A DNA stretch of 64,000 bases. Origin: a virus. Position numbers and translations under genes: made by a program. Position 1 is the stretch's first letter. Every line of letters begins with the position of its first letter. Shown here piece after piece: positions 37,773 to 46,947 of the stretch. The notes under the pieces were generated by a model. It ran no database searches, was not told where the DNA came from, and saw only the letters and a program-made list of their open reading frames with translations. The stretch lies in IMG/VR virus record IMGVR_UViG_3300027863_000020, positions 1 to 64,000 of that record. One strand, written 5' to 3'.

Positions 37773-38458
37773 TTATGACACAACAACTCCTTACCGATGA
37801 TTTCATTTCGTCCCCGTACCGTTTTTCCGCAAAGGAAATTCTGGAAGAGCAGATTGACGGCAATGGTATCAAGCGCAAGATGATTGCGTGTCCTATGATC
37901 GTCATGGAGCGTAAGAACTCCAATGGTCGCATCTACGCCTACGATGAGACTTGCCGTGCGGTCGAACGCTACATTGACGAATGGGTGAAGCCCCGTGGTG
38001 CAATGGGCGAACTCAATCACCCGGGAACTCCCCGTGTCAATCCCGAACGGGCTTGTATTGGCATCACATCCCTTGTTCTGGATGAGAAGAACAAGTGGTG
38101 GTATGGAAAGGCCAAGTTCCTTTCTACCCCCCTTGGACGGCTTGTGGAGACCCTTCTGGTCGAAGATCAGATTCAATTGGCGACATCTTCCCGTATGCTT
38201 GGAGCCACAGACCCCATCACTGGACGCACCAAGGGTTCTCTATCGGTGGTGACTGCGGCTGATATTGTGACCGACCCATCCGCATCCCAAGCAATCATTG
38301 AGGTGATCGAGGAATCCAAGAACTATGTCGTTGGAAGCTCCGAAAGTGCCAATATGACCTATGAAGAACTGGAAATGAAACTCGCAACCAAGGGACTCCG
38401 TACCCCCGTGGATGACATTCTTGAGGGGTTCTTGCTCCGAATCGGAAAAGAACTGTAA
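37769..38458 (+). CDS. gp21: prohead protease
   Basis: KNSNGRIY, AMGELNHP, TPLG, SSRMLG, ADIVTDPSA. Confidence 0.93.
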   Translation: MIMTQQLLTDDFISSPYRFSAKEILEEQIDGNGIKRKMIACPMIVMERKNSNGRIYAYDETCRAVERYIDEWVKPRGAMGELNHPGTPRVNPERACIGITSLVLDEKNKWWYGKAKFLSTPLGRLVETLLVEDQIQLATSSRMLGATDPITGRTKGSLSVVTAADIVTDPSASQAIIEVIEESKNYVVGSSESANMTYEELEMKLATKGLRTPVDDILEGFLLRIGKEL

Positions 38459-38539
38459 TCCAAGAAGTGCGAAATTTGCAAGAAATCAAAGAACCAACAA
38501 AAATTATGCACAAAATGACACTATATCGGTTTTTCGTTG

Positions 38540-38547
38540 CATAAATA
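38540..38547 (+). promoter_or_regulatory. late promoter CATAAATA
   Basis: Upstream of gp22-gp23. Confidence 0.75.
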
Positions 38548-38566
38548 GAAGAAAGAGGTTGAGAAA

Positions 38567-39469
38567 ATGGCAGACAAGACCCTAGAACAACTCAAGACCC
38601 TCCTTGATGGTGGAACCTACAAGGCGTTCAAAACACGCCTGAATGCGATCATTGACCGTAAGGTGAATGAGCGGGTTGCGGTCATTGAGGAACAGAAACT
38701 TGAGGCCATTCGGGTCATCAAGGACAAGTTGCAGAAGAAGGCCGAACAGTTCACAGCCGACAAGACCCGTGAACTGGAAACACAGTTCAATGCCGTCCTT
38801 GAGGAATCCAAGAAGCAAATGAAGGATGAGATGGTACAATCCTTGCTTCTCGTGGAATCCAAACTGGTCTCCCACCTTGACCGTGTTCTGGAAGAATCCG
38901 TGAACACCAACACCCCCACCGACATCCTTGAGGAAGCGGTGAAGGCACAACATTATGGGAAGGTCGCCAAGGCAGTTGCTTCGGTGATCGAGGAACAGAA
39001 CATTGTCATTGACAAGTCTGGTTCTTCCCGCATCCAAGAGCTTGAGCAGATGGTCTCCCAATTGAATGGTAAATTGATGGAAGAGCAGACGGCACGGGAA
39101 AACATTTCCAATCGTGCCAACTCTCTCCAACGGGAACTTCTCCTTGAGAGCAAGACAAGTGGACTCGATGAGGATGGACGAAAGAAAATCCTTGGTCAAT
39201 TCCGTGAGTCGAGCTACGAAGTAATACAAGAACAAATTGACAAATCCATTGAACTCTTACAAGAGTCCCGCAAGCAAGAGCGAAGGGGACGGGTTGCAAA
39301 CAATAACACCCTAGTAGGTGATTCCGCTCCAAACATGAATTTGAGCGGTGGCAAGAAGTTGATTGAAGAAGAGGTCAAGAACCCTACGGCAACGGCACGG
39401 ACTCCCGTGTTGGAAGAGTCCGTACAGGCTCCTTCGGTCTTTGACGCAATTGATGACTTGCTCCCATAA
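38567..39469 (+). CDS. gp22: prohead core scaffold protein
   Basis: Coiled-coil, Glu-rich, many LEE/IEE sites; between gp21 and gp23. Confidence 0.8.
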   Translation: MADKTLEQLKTLLDGGTYKAFKTRLNAIIDRKVNERVAVIEEQKLEAIRVIKDKLQKKAEQFTADKTRELETQFNAVLEESKKQMKDEMVQSLLLVESKLVSHLDRVLEESVNTNTPTDILEEAVKAQHYGKVAKAVASVIEEQNIVIDKSGSSRIQELEQMVSQLNGKLMEEQTARENISNRANSLQRELLLESKTSGLDEDGRKKILGQFRESSYEVIQEQIDKSIELLQESRKQERRGRVANNNTLVGDSAPNMNLSGGKKLIEEEVKNPTATARTPVLEESVQAPSVFDAIDDLLP

Positions 39470-39511
39470 GGGAACCACAGGGTATCAACCAATCCATTTC
39501 GAGGTATAAAG

Positions 39512-41065
39512 ATGAAACCATCTATCCCCGCTCCTCTTCAGCATCAGGCCATTGCCAAGAAGTATCTGGCAAAGAAGTGGTCTGAAGTCAAGTCCAAGAA
39601 GCTCTCCGTTTCTTCCATCATGGAAGAAGACCGCAAAGAGAATGTGGCACAGCTTCTCGAAAACCTTGCCAATCTACCCGGTTCTGCATTCTTGATGCAG
39701 GAACAGAATGGCTCTTCTGGCATTGACGGCTCTTCCTTGGGCAATGCTTCCATCAATCAGGGTATGTTCACTGCCGCCACCCTTGACCCCGATGCACACA
39801 AGTTCCGTCCGATTGAGATGGCACTGGTTCGTCGTGCTCAAGCCGATCTGTTCGCCTACAATCTCGCAGGTGTTCAAGCCATGAACGGCCCGGTCGGTCT
39901 GGCATACGCCCTCCGTTTCTTCTATGACGGCACTCGCACCGAAGCGGGCTTCCAGTCCGTTGGTCAGTACAGTGGTTGGAGCGGTAAGCCCGGTGTTGCG
40001 GGTTCCAATGGCGTGTTCAAGGTCACGAATGCGGGTGTGGTTGCCGACCTGAAGGCCGCTGGCCTGAATGGTGTCGATGCCAAGACCCTCATCAACATGA
40101 CCACTGGCGAATGGGCAGTGACTTGGACTGGTGCTTCGACCACCGTGTACACTGCGGGTACAGCCGTTGCGGGTTGGGTTGGTGGCGGTTGGGGTCAAGC
40201 CCTGTCCGTGACCGATGCTGAAAAGCTCGCAATCATGGCTCCTTCTGCGGGTACTGCTCCCCGTGACATCGGAACTGCGATTCCGAATGCCACTACTGGC
40301 GTGTCCCCTTACGCCATGCGTCAGCTCAAGATGTCCTTCGACAAGAAGAGCATTGATGCCCAAGACCGTATGCTTGGTGCTTCCTTCTCCGTCCAGTCGC
40401 TCTATGACATCCGCACCATGCAGGGTGTGGACATCGGGCGTGAAATGGTCAAGAAGCTCACCTATGAGTCTGGTGCGGAAATCGACCGTGAAATCCTCTG
40501 GAAGTGCAAGAACGCCGCCGTCTTCGGTGATGGTGGTCAGAATGGTGTGGTCGAAACCTTCGATCCTACCACCGTTTCCTCCACCTTCCTGTACGACAAG
40601 AAGGCCGCCATTGCCGACAAGTTGATTTCGCTCTCCAACGAAATCCACACTGCAACCTTGCAGGGTTCGGGCAACATCCTTGTTGCTTCTCCCCGTGTTT
40701 GCACGGCTCTTCAGACCATCCAGAACGGCTCCTTCAAGTCTTCTGGTGTGTTCAACTTCGACCAGAAGGGCTTGATCGAGGTCGGTACTCTTGATGGTCG
40801 CATCAAGGTCTATCGTGATCCTTGGGCATACTTCGATGGTGGCGTGGACTACGCTCTGGTCGCCTACAAGGGCGCAGGGATTGACGAAGCGGGTGTGCTC
40901 TATCACCCCTATATGCTCAATCTGGTGAACACTGCGGTTGCACAGGAAGACTTCGGTACTCGCATTGGCGTTCTCTCTCGCTATGCCATCACCGACAGCC
41001 TCTTGGGTAGCGGTCGCTACTACCGCTACATCGAATTCACTGGTCTGGCCGCTCTCGGTCTGTAA
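39512..41065 (+). CDS. gp23: major capsid protein
   Basis: KKW..V, AQLLEN, ALVRRA, GVQAMNGPVGLAYALR, EIDREI, GTLDGRIKVYRDP, YKG, RYA. Confidence 0.95.
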   Translation: MKPSIPAPLQHQAIAKKYLAKKWSEVKSKKLSVSSIMEEDRKENVAQLLENLANLPGSAFLMQEQNGSSGIDGSSLGNASINQGMFTAATLDPDAHKFRPIEMALVRRAQADLFAYNLAGVQAMNGPVGLAYALRFFYDGTRTEAGFQSVGQYSGWSGKPGVAGSNGVFKVTNAGVVADLKAAGLNGVDAKTLINMTTGEWAVTWTGASTTVYTAGTAVAGWVGGGWGQALSVTDAEKLAIMAPSAGTAPRDIGTAIPNATTGVSPYAMRQLKMSFDKKSIDAQDRMLGASFSVQSLYDIRTMQGVDIGREMVKKLTYESGAEIDREILWKCKNAAVFGDGGQNGVVETFDPTTVSSTFLYDKKAAIADKLISLSNEIHTATLQGSGNILVASPRVCTALQTIQNGSFKSSGVFNFDQKGLIEVGTLDGRIKVYRDPWAYFDGGVDYALVAYKGAGIDEAGVLYHPYMLNLVNTAVAQEDFGTRIGVLSRYAITDSLLGSGRYYRYIEFTGLAALGL

Positions 41066-41090
41066 TCAGTTCGTTCGACTGGCTACTACG

Positions 41091-41122
41091 AAAAGGGCTT
41101 GGAGAAATCCAAGTCCTTTTTT
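41091..41122 (+). terminator. intrinsic terminator after gp23
   Basis: AAAAGGGCTTGGA-GAAA-TCCAAGTCCTTTTTT. Confidence 0.85.
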
Positions 41123-41124
41123 CA

Positions 41125-41153
41125 TTGACAGGATAATGAGTTGAATCCATATT
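41125..41153 (+). promoter_or_regulatory. early/middle promoter (leaderless ORF downstream)
   Basis: TTGACA-N17-CATATT, ATG 6 nt downstream. Confidence 0.75.
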
Positions 41154-41159
41154 TTAAGC

Positions 41160-41546
41160 ATGGATATACTGGACATCGTAGCAATAGTCATCATAGCCCC
41201 GATCTTCGCATTGACGATGATTGTGTTGGGTATGCTATTGTTCGGAACGATATGGTGGATTTGGGATAAGTTCGAGCGATCCCTGTACCCCATAACATTC
41301 GTCCGTGCGTCAATCTTGGCATTGTCAATCATTCTGGTTCCCGTATCCTTGACTCATTCCGTTGTTCGCTTCACAGACAGTCCAGTCGTTGCGTATGACT
41401 TCGGAACCTATGAGTTTGTCAATGTCATCGAAATCGTGAGTTATGAACATCCGAATTTTCTGGTGATTGAGCCGAATTTTCCATTTGTGAAAATCCGACC
41501 CATGATGGGCGGGAGTACGGATCGAATATGCGCTTTGGGTACATAG
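41160..41546 (+). CDS. membrane protein (two predicted TM helices)
   Basis: Two hydrophobic segments in the N-terminal half. Confidence 0.6.
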   Translation: MDILDIVAIVIIAPIFALTMIVLGMLLFGTIWWIWDKFERSLYPITFVRASILALSIILVPVSLTHSVVRFTDSPVVAYDFGTYEFVNVIEIVSYEHPNFLVIEPNFPFVKIRPMMGGSTDRICALGT

Positions 41547-41650
41547 AGACCCTACCCGCCCAAAACAGGGTCGTGTCCATAACTCACAATGAATGGCGAT
41601 GCTTCGGTGTCGCCATTTGTCGTTTGCATAAATAGTACAGAGGTACTATT

Positions 41651-42298
41651 ATGAAAGCCCCCGATGCAATCGAACAAGTCTATACAGAAGTCCTTGAGGA
41701 TTTCAGCAAGAACCGTCAATCGGAAATGAAGCAACTCATTTCGTTGCTCACCAGAACAACCGATCCCGATGATGCTTCCCCCGACAAGCACATGACCCCA
41801 ATTGAGAATGGCGATGGATACCTCAATCCATTTTCGATTGCCAAGTTCGGAAACTTCAGACGGTTCTCCCAAGAGTTCCCCAACTATGTCTCCGAATGCT
41901 TGGAGTTCTTCATTTCCAAGGCAACCGAATCGAAGCAGATTACCTTTGACCAAGGCTCCATGCTTGTGGACAAGTTGGTTGAATGGGTTGGCTACATGAA
42001 GCCACTCATGGAAAAGATTATGAAGTCTGCTTCCGATGCCAACATTGACTTCGTGAAGTTCTGTACCAATGTGCGAATCTCCAATCTATTTCAACGAGCC
42101 GATGTTCTTTTCAAAGACGGGTCTTTCGATGTTGATTGTGTATTCGGTGCTATCGTTGCCGTTGAACTGGACATCAAGGTTCTTGAACGCCTCATCAAGT
42201 CTTCCGTGACCAATGATCTTTTCGGTGGTGAAGTCGTTGTCAATCGCAAAGGTATCGACCATAAGATTGATACCCCTTCAATCGCAGACCTTCTTTAA
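41651..42298 (+). CDS. late hypothetical protein
   Basis: CATAAATA at 41627-41634 and GAGG RBS. Confidence 0.65.
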   Translation: MKAPDAIEQVYTEVLEDFSKNRQSEMKQLISLLTRTTDPDDASPDKHMTPIENGDGYLNPFSIAKFGNFRRFSQEFPNYVSECLEFFISKATESKQITFDQGSMLVDKLVEWVGYMKPLMEKIMKSASDANIDFVKFCTNVRISNLFQRADVLFKDGSFDVDCVFGAIVAVELDIKVLERLIKSSVTNDLFGGEVVVNRKGIDHKIDTPSIADLL

Positions 42299-42307
42299 GG
42301 AGCATCT

Positions 42308-43060
42308 ATGCCCGTAGTATCCCGTTTGGCTTCTATGTCCGATGCTATCAATTATGCACGGACTATGCTTGGCGAACCAATCGTCAATGTGGAATTGACC
42401 GATGACCAGATCAAGCAATGTGTTCTCGATGCCGTCCAGATTTTCCAACGCTACAACATGGGCGAAGGTGTCTATGAGGAATCAATCGTCTTCACCATGA
42501 AGGCGGGACAACGGGTGTACCCAATGCCAGACAACATTGCAGAAATCACCAAGTATTTTGCATCCTACAATGGCGATGTGAACCAACTTTTCACAGCAGA
42601 ACACCAGATTCTCATGGAGACTGGCATCCTTCCTTCATTGACGAAACAGTTGGCGGGTCAATCGGTGGGTATGGACTTGGCGGGATATGACATTGCAACC
42701 AAGTACCTTGAATTGTACAAGCACTACTTCAACAAGACCTATTCTGTCAATTTCCACCACTTGCGAAGGGAATTGACGGTCGATCCTACTCCGACAACCG
42801 ATGTGGTCGGTATCATGCTTGTGTGGAAGAAAGAAGCCCTATCCAATTGCGTGGATCATACCGATGTCAAGAAGCTCATCATTGCCAAGTGCAAGCAATT
42901 GTGGGGCATGATTCGTGGCAAGTATTCCATTCAGTTGCCGGGTGGCGGTTCGATTGAAGGCGAATCCCTGAAGAGCGAAGGAAAGGAAGAAGAGCGGGAA
43001 ATCATCGAACGCATGGATGACGAATCTGAAGGCAATGCGCTTGGCTTCTATATCGGGTAA
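42308..43060 (+). CDS. gp13: neck protein gp13
   Basis: YARTMLGEPIVNVELTDDQI, A.CKQLWG...KY..QLPGGGSI.G, FYIG C-terminus. Confidence 0.92.
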   Translation: MPVVSRLASMSDAINYARTMLGEPIVNVELTDDQIKQCVLDAVQIFQRYNMGEGVYEESIVFTMKAGQRVYPMPDNIAEITKYFASYNGDVNQLFTAEHQILMETGILPSLTKQLAGQSVGMDLAGYDIATKYLELYKHYFNKTYSVNFHHLRRELTVDPTPTTDVVGIMLVWKKEALSNCVDHTDVKKLIIAKCKQLWGMIRGKYSIQLPGGGSIEGESLKSEGKEEEREIIERMDDESEGNALGFYIG

Positions 43061-43178
43061 ATTATGAATTCTCTGTTTTCTCTATTTCGGGTGTTCGTGT
43101 GGTTCCCAATCAAGTTGATAGGGGTCTGCGTGTTCATTGCGTATCAAGAATGGAGAAGCGAAATCAAGAGGTGGCAAT

Positions 43179-43901
43179 ATGGGAAACTTTGACCATCTAT
43201 CCAGACTTCCGAAGCCTTGGTTCAAGCGTCATGCTCCCAAGTATGACAATGAACGAAAATTGATTGCGGATATGGGAGCCGAAATGATTAACCATCATGG
43301 GGTTCTCTGTGAATACATCCTCATTTCAAACGATCCTTCGTATGACACTCTTTTTGGTGATGACCGAAATCGAAGGGTTATCCGAAAATTTCTTGTGATG
43401 GTTTATTTCGATCTTCCCGCTGAAGATGATCGTTGGAGTTCGTTTGGTATCGAAGGACTTGACAACTTCTCAATGATTGCAAGCATCAAGCATTTTTCGG
43501 AACGAGGGAAGCTAGATGTTTTACCAGAACAGGCGATCTATTCTCCCCGTGTTGGTGACATCATCAAGCCAATGTACAACAACTTCTATTATGAAGTGAC
43601 TGCGTGGTATGATGGTATGACATCCATGAACTTCTTGCAGATGGATAATGTGTATGAGATCGTTGTCAATAAGATGACCGATGACCACATCAATGATCCA
43701 GACAATCTCATCAATTCGTCAATCAGACCTCTTGGCGCACAAGACATCTTTGACGATACCGATTTCATCAATACCATGAATGGAAGCACGGCTATCATTC
43801 CAAACACATTCCCAGAGACAACGGGGAAAGGAAAGCCATCTCCATTGTATAAACCAAAGGCGGGTGAGAAAGCACCCAATGATCCATTCGGGGGTTTCTA
43901 A
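43179..43901 (+). CDS. gp14: neck protein gp14 (copy B)
   Basis: E.I..HG, YD.LFGDD, FGIE, PRVGD, YEVT, NDPFGGF; between gp13 and gp15. Confidence 0.85.
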   Translation: MGNFDHLSRLPKPWFKRHAPKYDNERKLIADMGAEMINHHGVLCEYILISNDPSYDTLFGDDRNRRVIRKFLVMVYFDLPAEDDRWSSFGIEGLDNFSMIASIKHFSERGKLDVLPEQAIYSPRVGDIIKPMYNNFYYEVTAWYDGMTSMNFLQMDNVYEIVVNKMTDDHINDPDNLINSSIRPLGAQDIFDDTDFINTMNGSTAIIPNTFPETTGKGKPSPLYKPKAGEKAPNDPFGGF

Positions 43902-44768
43902 ATGGCACATACCCAACAAGACGGTGTACAGGACGGTGATCGGTACAATGGGAAGGCTTGGTATTCTCCCAATGTCCTTCGTAGCATCACGCTTGGCCTT
44001 GCCGATATGTTCAACGACATCGTGGTTCGCAAATTCGCAAAGGACTTCATCACTGTAATCAAAGAGATTCCAGTTCCTCTCCATGTCGCTCCGAAGACGA
44101 AAGAATACTTCGAGAGAAAAGAAGATTATACATCGGATGGTGGGGGTCGCTATTACCAACAAGTCCCCGCATTGGCTCTTGTGTTCACTGGAATGAATTA
44201 TGCCCAACAACGGGTGATGGCTCCCAATGAAGAACGGGCGTGGCCTTATCCAGTCGATTCTTCGGTTGATCCCGATTACTTCAAGGACTATTCACCGACT
44301 CCGTATGACTTGACCTATGAGTTGAAGATCAGAACAGAGTCGATGGAAGATTACATCCAGATCATCGAACAAATCATTCCATTCTTCAATCCTTCATTGA
44401 CACTCCGAATGAAGGAAATCCCGTTCCTTGATGTTGCTCGAAATGTTCGTGTCAATCTGGACAATCCTTCCATCGAGATTCCACAGGAATTGACTGGAAG
44501 CGATATGAACCAGATCGAAGGAACATTGAGCTTGACTTGCGAAGCCTACCTGTATCGCCCAATCACGAATGCGATCTTCTTGAAGGAACTCTACAAATAC
44601 ATCTCCGTCATTGAGCTTGATGGTGACAAGAGCTTTGATCGAAGGATCAGAACACTCATGGCATTTTCGGAAGAAGAGATACCACAGGAAGCCGTCAATA
44701 AGAGGAAAACCCTCTATGGATATTGGTTGTACGAACTTTTGGATCAAGTCAATGATATTGGTGCATAA
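43902..44768 (+). CDS. gp15: tail sheath stabiliser / tail terminator
   Basis: MFNDIVV, VPL..APK, PTPYDLTYEL, QIIEQIIPFFNP, YLY.P. Confidence 0.9.
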   Translation: MAHTQQDGVQDGDRYNGKAWYSPNVLRSITLGLADMFNDIVVRKFAKDFITVIKEIPVPLHVAPKTKEYFERKEDYTSDGGGRYYQQVPALALVFTGMNYAQQRVMAPNEERAWPYPVDSSVDPDYFKDYSPTPYDLTYELKIRTESMEDYIQIIEQIIPFFNPSLTLRMKEIPFLDVARNVRVNLDNPSIEIPQELTGSDMNQIEGTLSLTCEAYLYRPITNAIFLKELYKYISVIELDGDKSFDRRIRTLMAFSEEEIPQEAVNKRKTLYGYWLYELLDQVNDIGA

Positions 44769-44776
44769 ATAGAAGT

Positions 44777-46282
44777 ATGAAGTATTCGCAGATCAAAGAA
44801 CACCGTGAGGTAATTGAAGAGTCGATTCGGCTCAATCGGAACTTTTCCCAGACGGAAATAGTATTCGTCCGATACCTTGCAAGGAGACTGAATCAACCGA
44901 TCTATCGTGTCGGTGGCTCCGACTTCGTGGTCAATTACCGTCATGGTAATGATTTCGGGCGTGGTATCCGTTATGTGTTCATGCTCCCCATGATGACCAG
45001 TTTCCGAATCAATTGGACTGGAAAGCGTCAAGCGATTACTCCGACAAGCATTGATGTGTTCTTGAAGAATCAAAAGCGTCCATCGTATCGGTTGGCTATT
45101 TCTGGAATGGGGCTTGGTTCGATTGCTTCCGTCCTAGCCGATGTCCTTTCTAGCCGTGAAATCCTCAAGAACGATATTCCAGTGATTACCAATGGTGGTG
45201 ATGAATACCTGATTGACGAAGGTTCTAGCGCACTAGCCAAATCGAAGACCGCATTGACGGTTCTGGAAAAGAAGCAGAAGCCCGAACTGGTGGTACTTGA
45301 TCTTCTTCGCCTTGGATACACCCCTCTCGAAATCAGTGGGTATGCGAAGATTCCTCTCCCCATTGCCGAAAATGCTCTCAAGCTCAACCCCGATTCGTTT
45401 GGGTCGGTGGAGAATCCGAAGAAGCGTACTGTTTCCTTCATCAAGATCATCACAGGCCGTCCAGACAAACAGGAACTTCCCACAGAGAAATGGAACACTT
45501 CTGTCATTGCCGAATGGATGAACGACAACAAGGGTCGCATTCGTGGAGCACTGGAACCCGCAATCGAAGCAGTTTCCACCCTTCCAAGTGGTCGGAATTT
45601 CAGTCTGGTTGTGACTGGAATTGATGAAAACAATCTTCGGGTTCCGTTCGTCAATTCCGTTTCTGGCTTTTCCAAAGTACAGGTCATCGACTGTACGGAA
45701 CTCATGCCCGATGACATTGCCCCTCTGTTCTGGCAGATTAGAAACGATGACAAGGCAACGATCATCCTATTGGGTGTCGAACGCCTTGCCGATGATCCCA
45801 TTTCTCGCCAAATTCTTGCCGATGCTTCCGTCAATCGGAATGTACGAACCATCAACCTGAAGGGAAAGAAGTACAAGGACTATGGCTCCATGCCCATGTC
45901 CGAAATCGAGAAAGCCGTATCGAGCGGTGATCTTCTTCCTACCAAGTTCGAGTTTACCGCCAATGTCGTACTGGTTTCGGATACGAAGCCATCGTTTGTT
46001 GGAAACTCCATCCAGAACCCGATTGTAGAGGTCGTATTGCCCCCTGCAACGGTGTTCGAGGTGATAGCGTCCACTATGGGCAAATTGACCATTGGGACAG
46101 CGGACATGGCTATCAAGACCGAATGCTTGGAATATCTGAAGGGATTGGGAAAGAGCTTCGGTGGTTTCACCATTTCCATGTTCGAGACAGCGGTGGTGTG
46201 CCGATTGACCGATCAGTCGCATTTCCAAAAGCTATTCAGCGCACACACAACGAGCCAATACGGTGGAGTTGCGGAATTTTGA
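44777..46282 (+). CDS. late protein with degenerate AAA/P-loop ATPase-like C-terminal domain
   Basis: CATAAATA at 44764; SLVVTG lacks GKT; LPTKFEFTANVVLVSD resembles a phage ATPase family. Confidence 0.5.
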   Translation: MKYSQIKEHREVIEESIRLNRNFSQTEIVFVRYLARRLNQPIYRVGGSDFVVNYRHGNDFGRGIRYVFMLPMMTSFRINWTGKRQAITPTSIDVFLKNQKRPSYRLAISGMGLGSIASVLADVLSSREILKNDIPVITNGGDEYLIDEGSSALAKSKTALTVLEKKQKPELVVLDLLRLGYTPLEISGYAKIPLPIAENALKLNPDSFGSVENPKKRTVSFIKIITGRPDKQELPTEKWNTSVIAEWMNDNKGRIRGALEPAIEAVSTLPSGRNFSLVVTGIDENNLRVPFVNSVSGFSKVQVIDCTELMPDDIAPLFWQIRNDDKATIILLGVERLADDPISRQILADASVNRNVRTINLKGKKYKDYGSMPMSEIEKAVSSGDLLPTKFEFTANVVLVSDTKPSFVGNSIQNPIVEVVLPPATVFEVIASTMGKLTIGTADMAIKTECLEYLKGLGKSFGGFTISMFETAVVCRLTDQSHFQKLFSAHTTSQYGGVAEF

Positions 46283-46317
46283 GAATTTTCGCACATTGAC
46301 GATCTTTTGAGGTGACT

Positions 46318-46947
46318 ATGCAGATTCATTCAGGGTTCAACGAGAACGCCCAACACTTCTTCGATTCTCTTGATGCCGACTTCGTGCCACAGAAACCCGT
46401 GGCAATCCCCGCCACAGCGTCCGTAAGAGCGTCTGAAGAGGCATGGGGTAGTTCGGGCGGGTTGCCACAGGAAACCCCGCCACAGCCCCCCGTACAGGCG
46501 AATACGGTGGCTCAATTGCCCGATCCCAAGACAGTCGAGCCAATTGATCGGAATTCGTATGACTTTCTGGACAGGTCGTATCGGGACAACATAACGACAA
46601 TTGAGCAAGCGATTTCACAGATCGAGGGCGAAATCATGCCCGGTGCTCATCCGAAGCTATTGGAATCGTATGCTCAATTACTGGAAAGACGGACAAGCGC
46701 AATCAATTCTTACACGGAATTCCTCAAATTGAGGCGAAAGTCCGAAATTGAGGAACGAAAAATTCGCATAGCCGAAAAGAAAGCGGGTATGGGTGTGAAG
46801 ACGGGTGATGCTCCGTCCAATGGGCTTACCATGAGTCCCCGTCAATTGGCAGAATTCATGCGTGAATTGGATGCTTCGAGGATGAGCGAAATTCCTGAAG
46901 CAGAAGAAGTACCTTCCGATGGGAAGCCCGATAGGAGCTTTGAGTAA
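46318..46947 (+). CDS. gp16: terminase small subunit (candidate)
   Basis: Directly upstream of and coupled to TerL; helical HPKLLESYAQLL segment. Confidence 0.55.
   Translation: MQIHSGFNENAQHFFDSLDADFVPQKPVAIPATASVRASEEAWGSSGGLPQETPPQPPVQANTVAQLPDPKTVEPIDRNSYDFLDRSYRDNITTIEQAISQIEGEIMPGAHPKLLESYAQLLERRTSAINSYTEFLKLRRKSEIEERKIRIAEKKAGMGVKTGDAPSNGLTMSPRQLAEFMRELDASRMSEIPEAEEVPSDGKPDRSFE

Noticed and set aside
43064-43192. 42-aa hydrophobic ORF between gp13 and gp14
   Set aside because: Too short and without a clear RBS; possible but unsupported.
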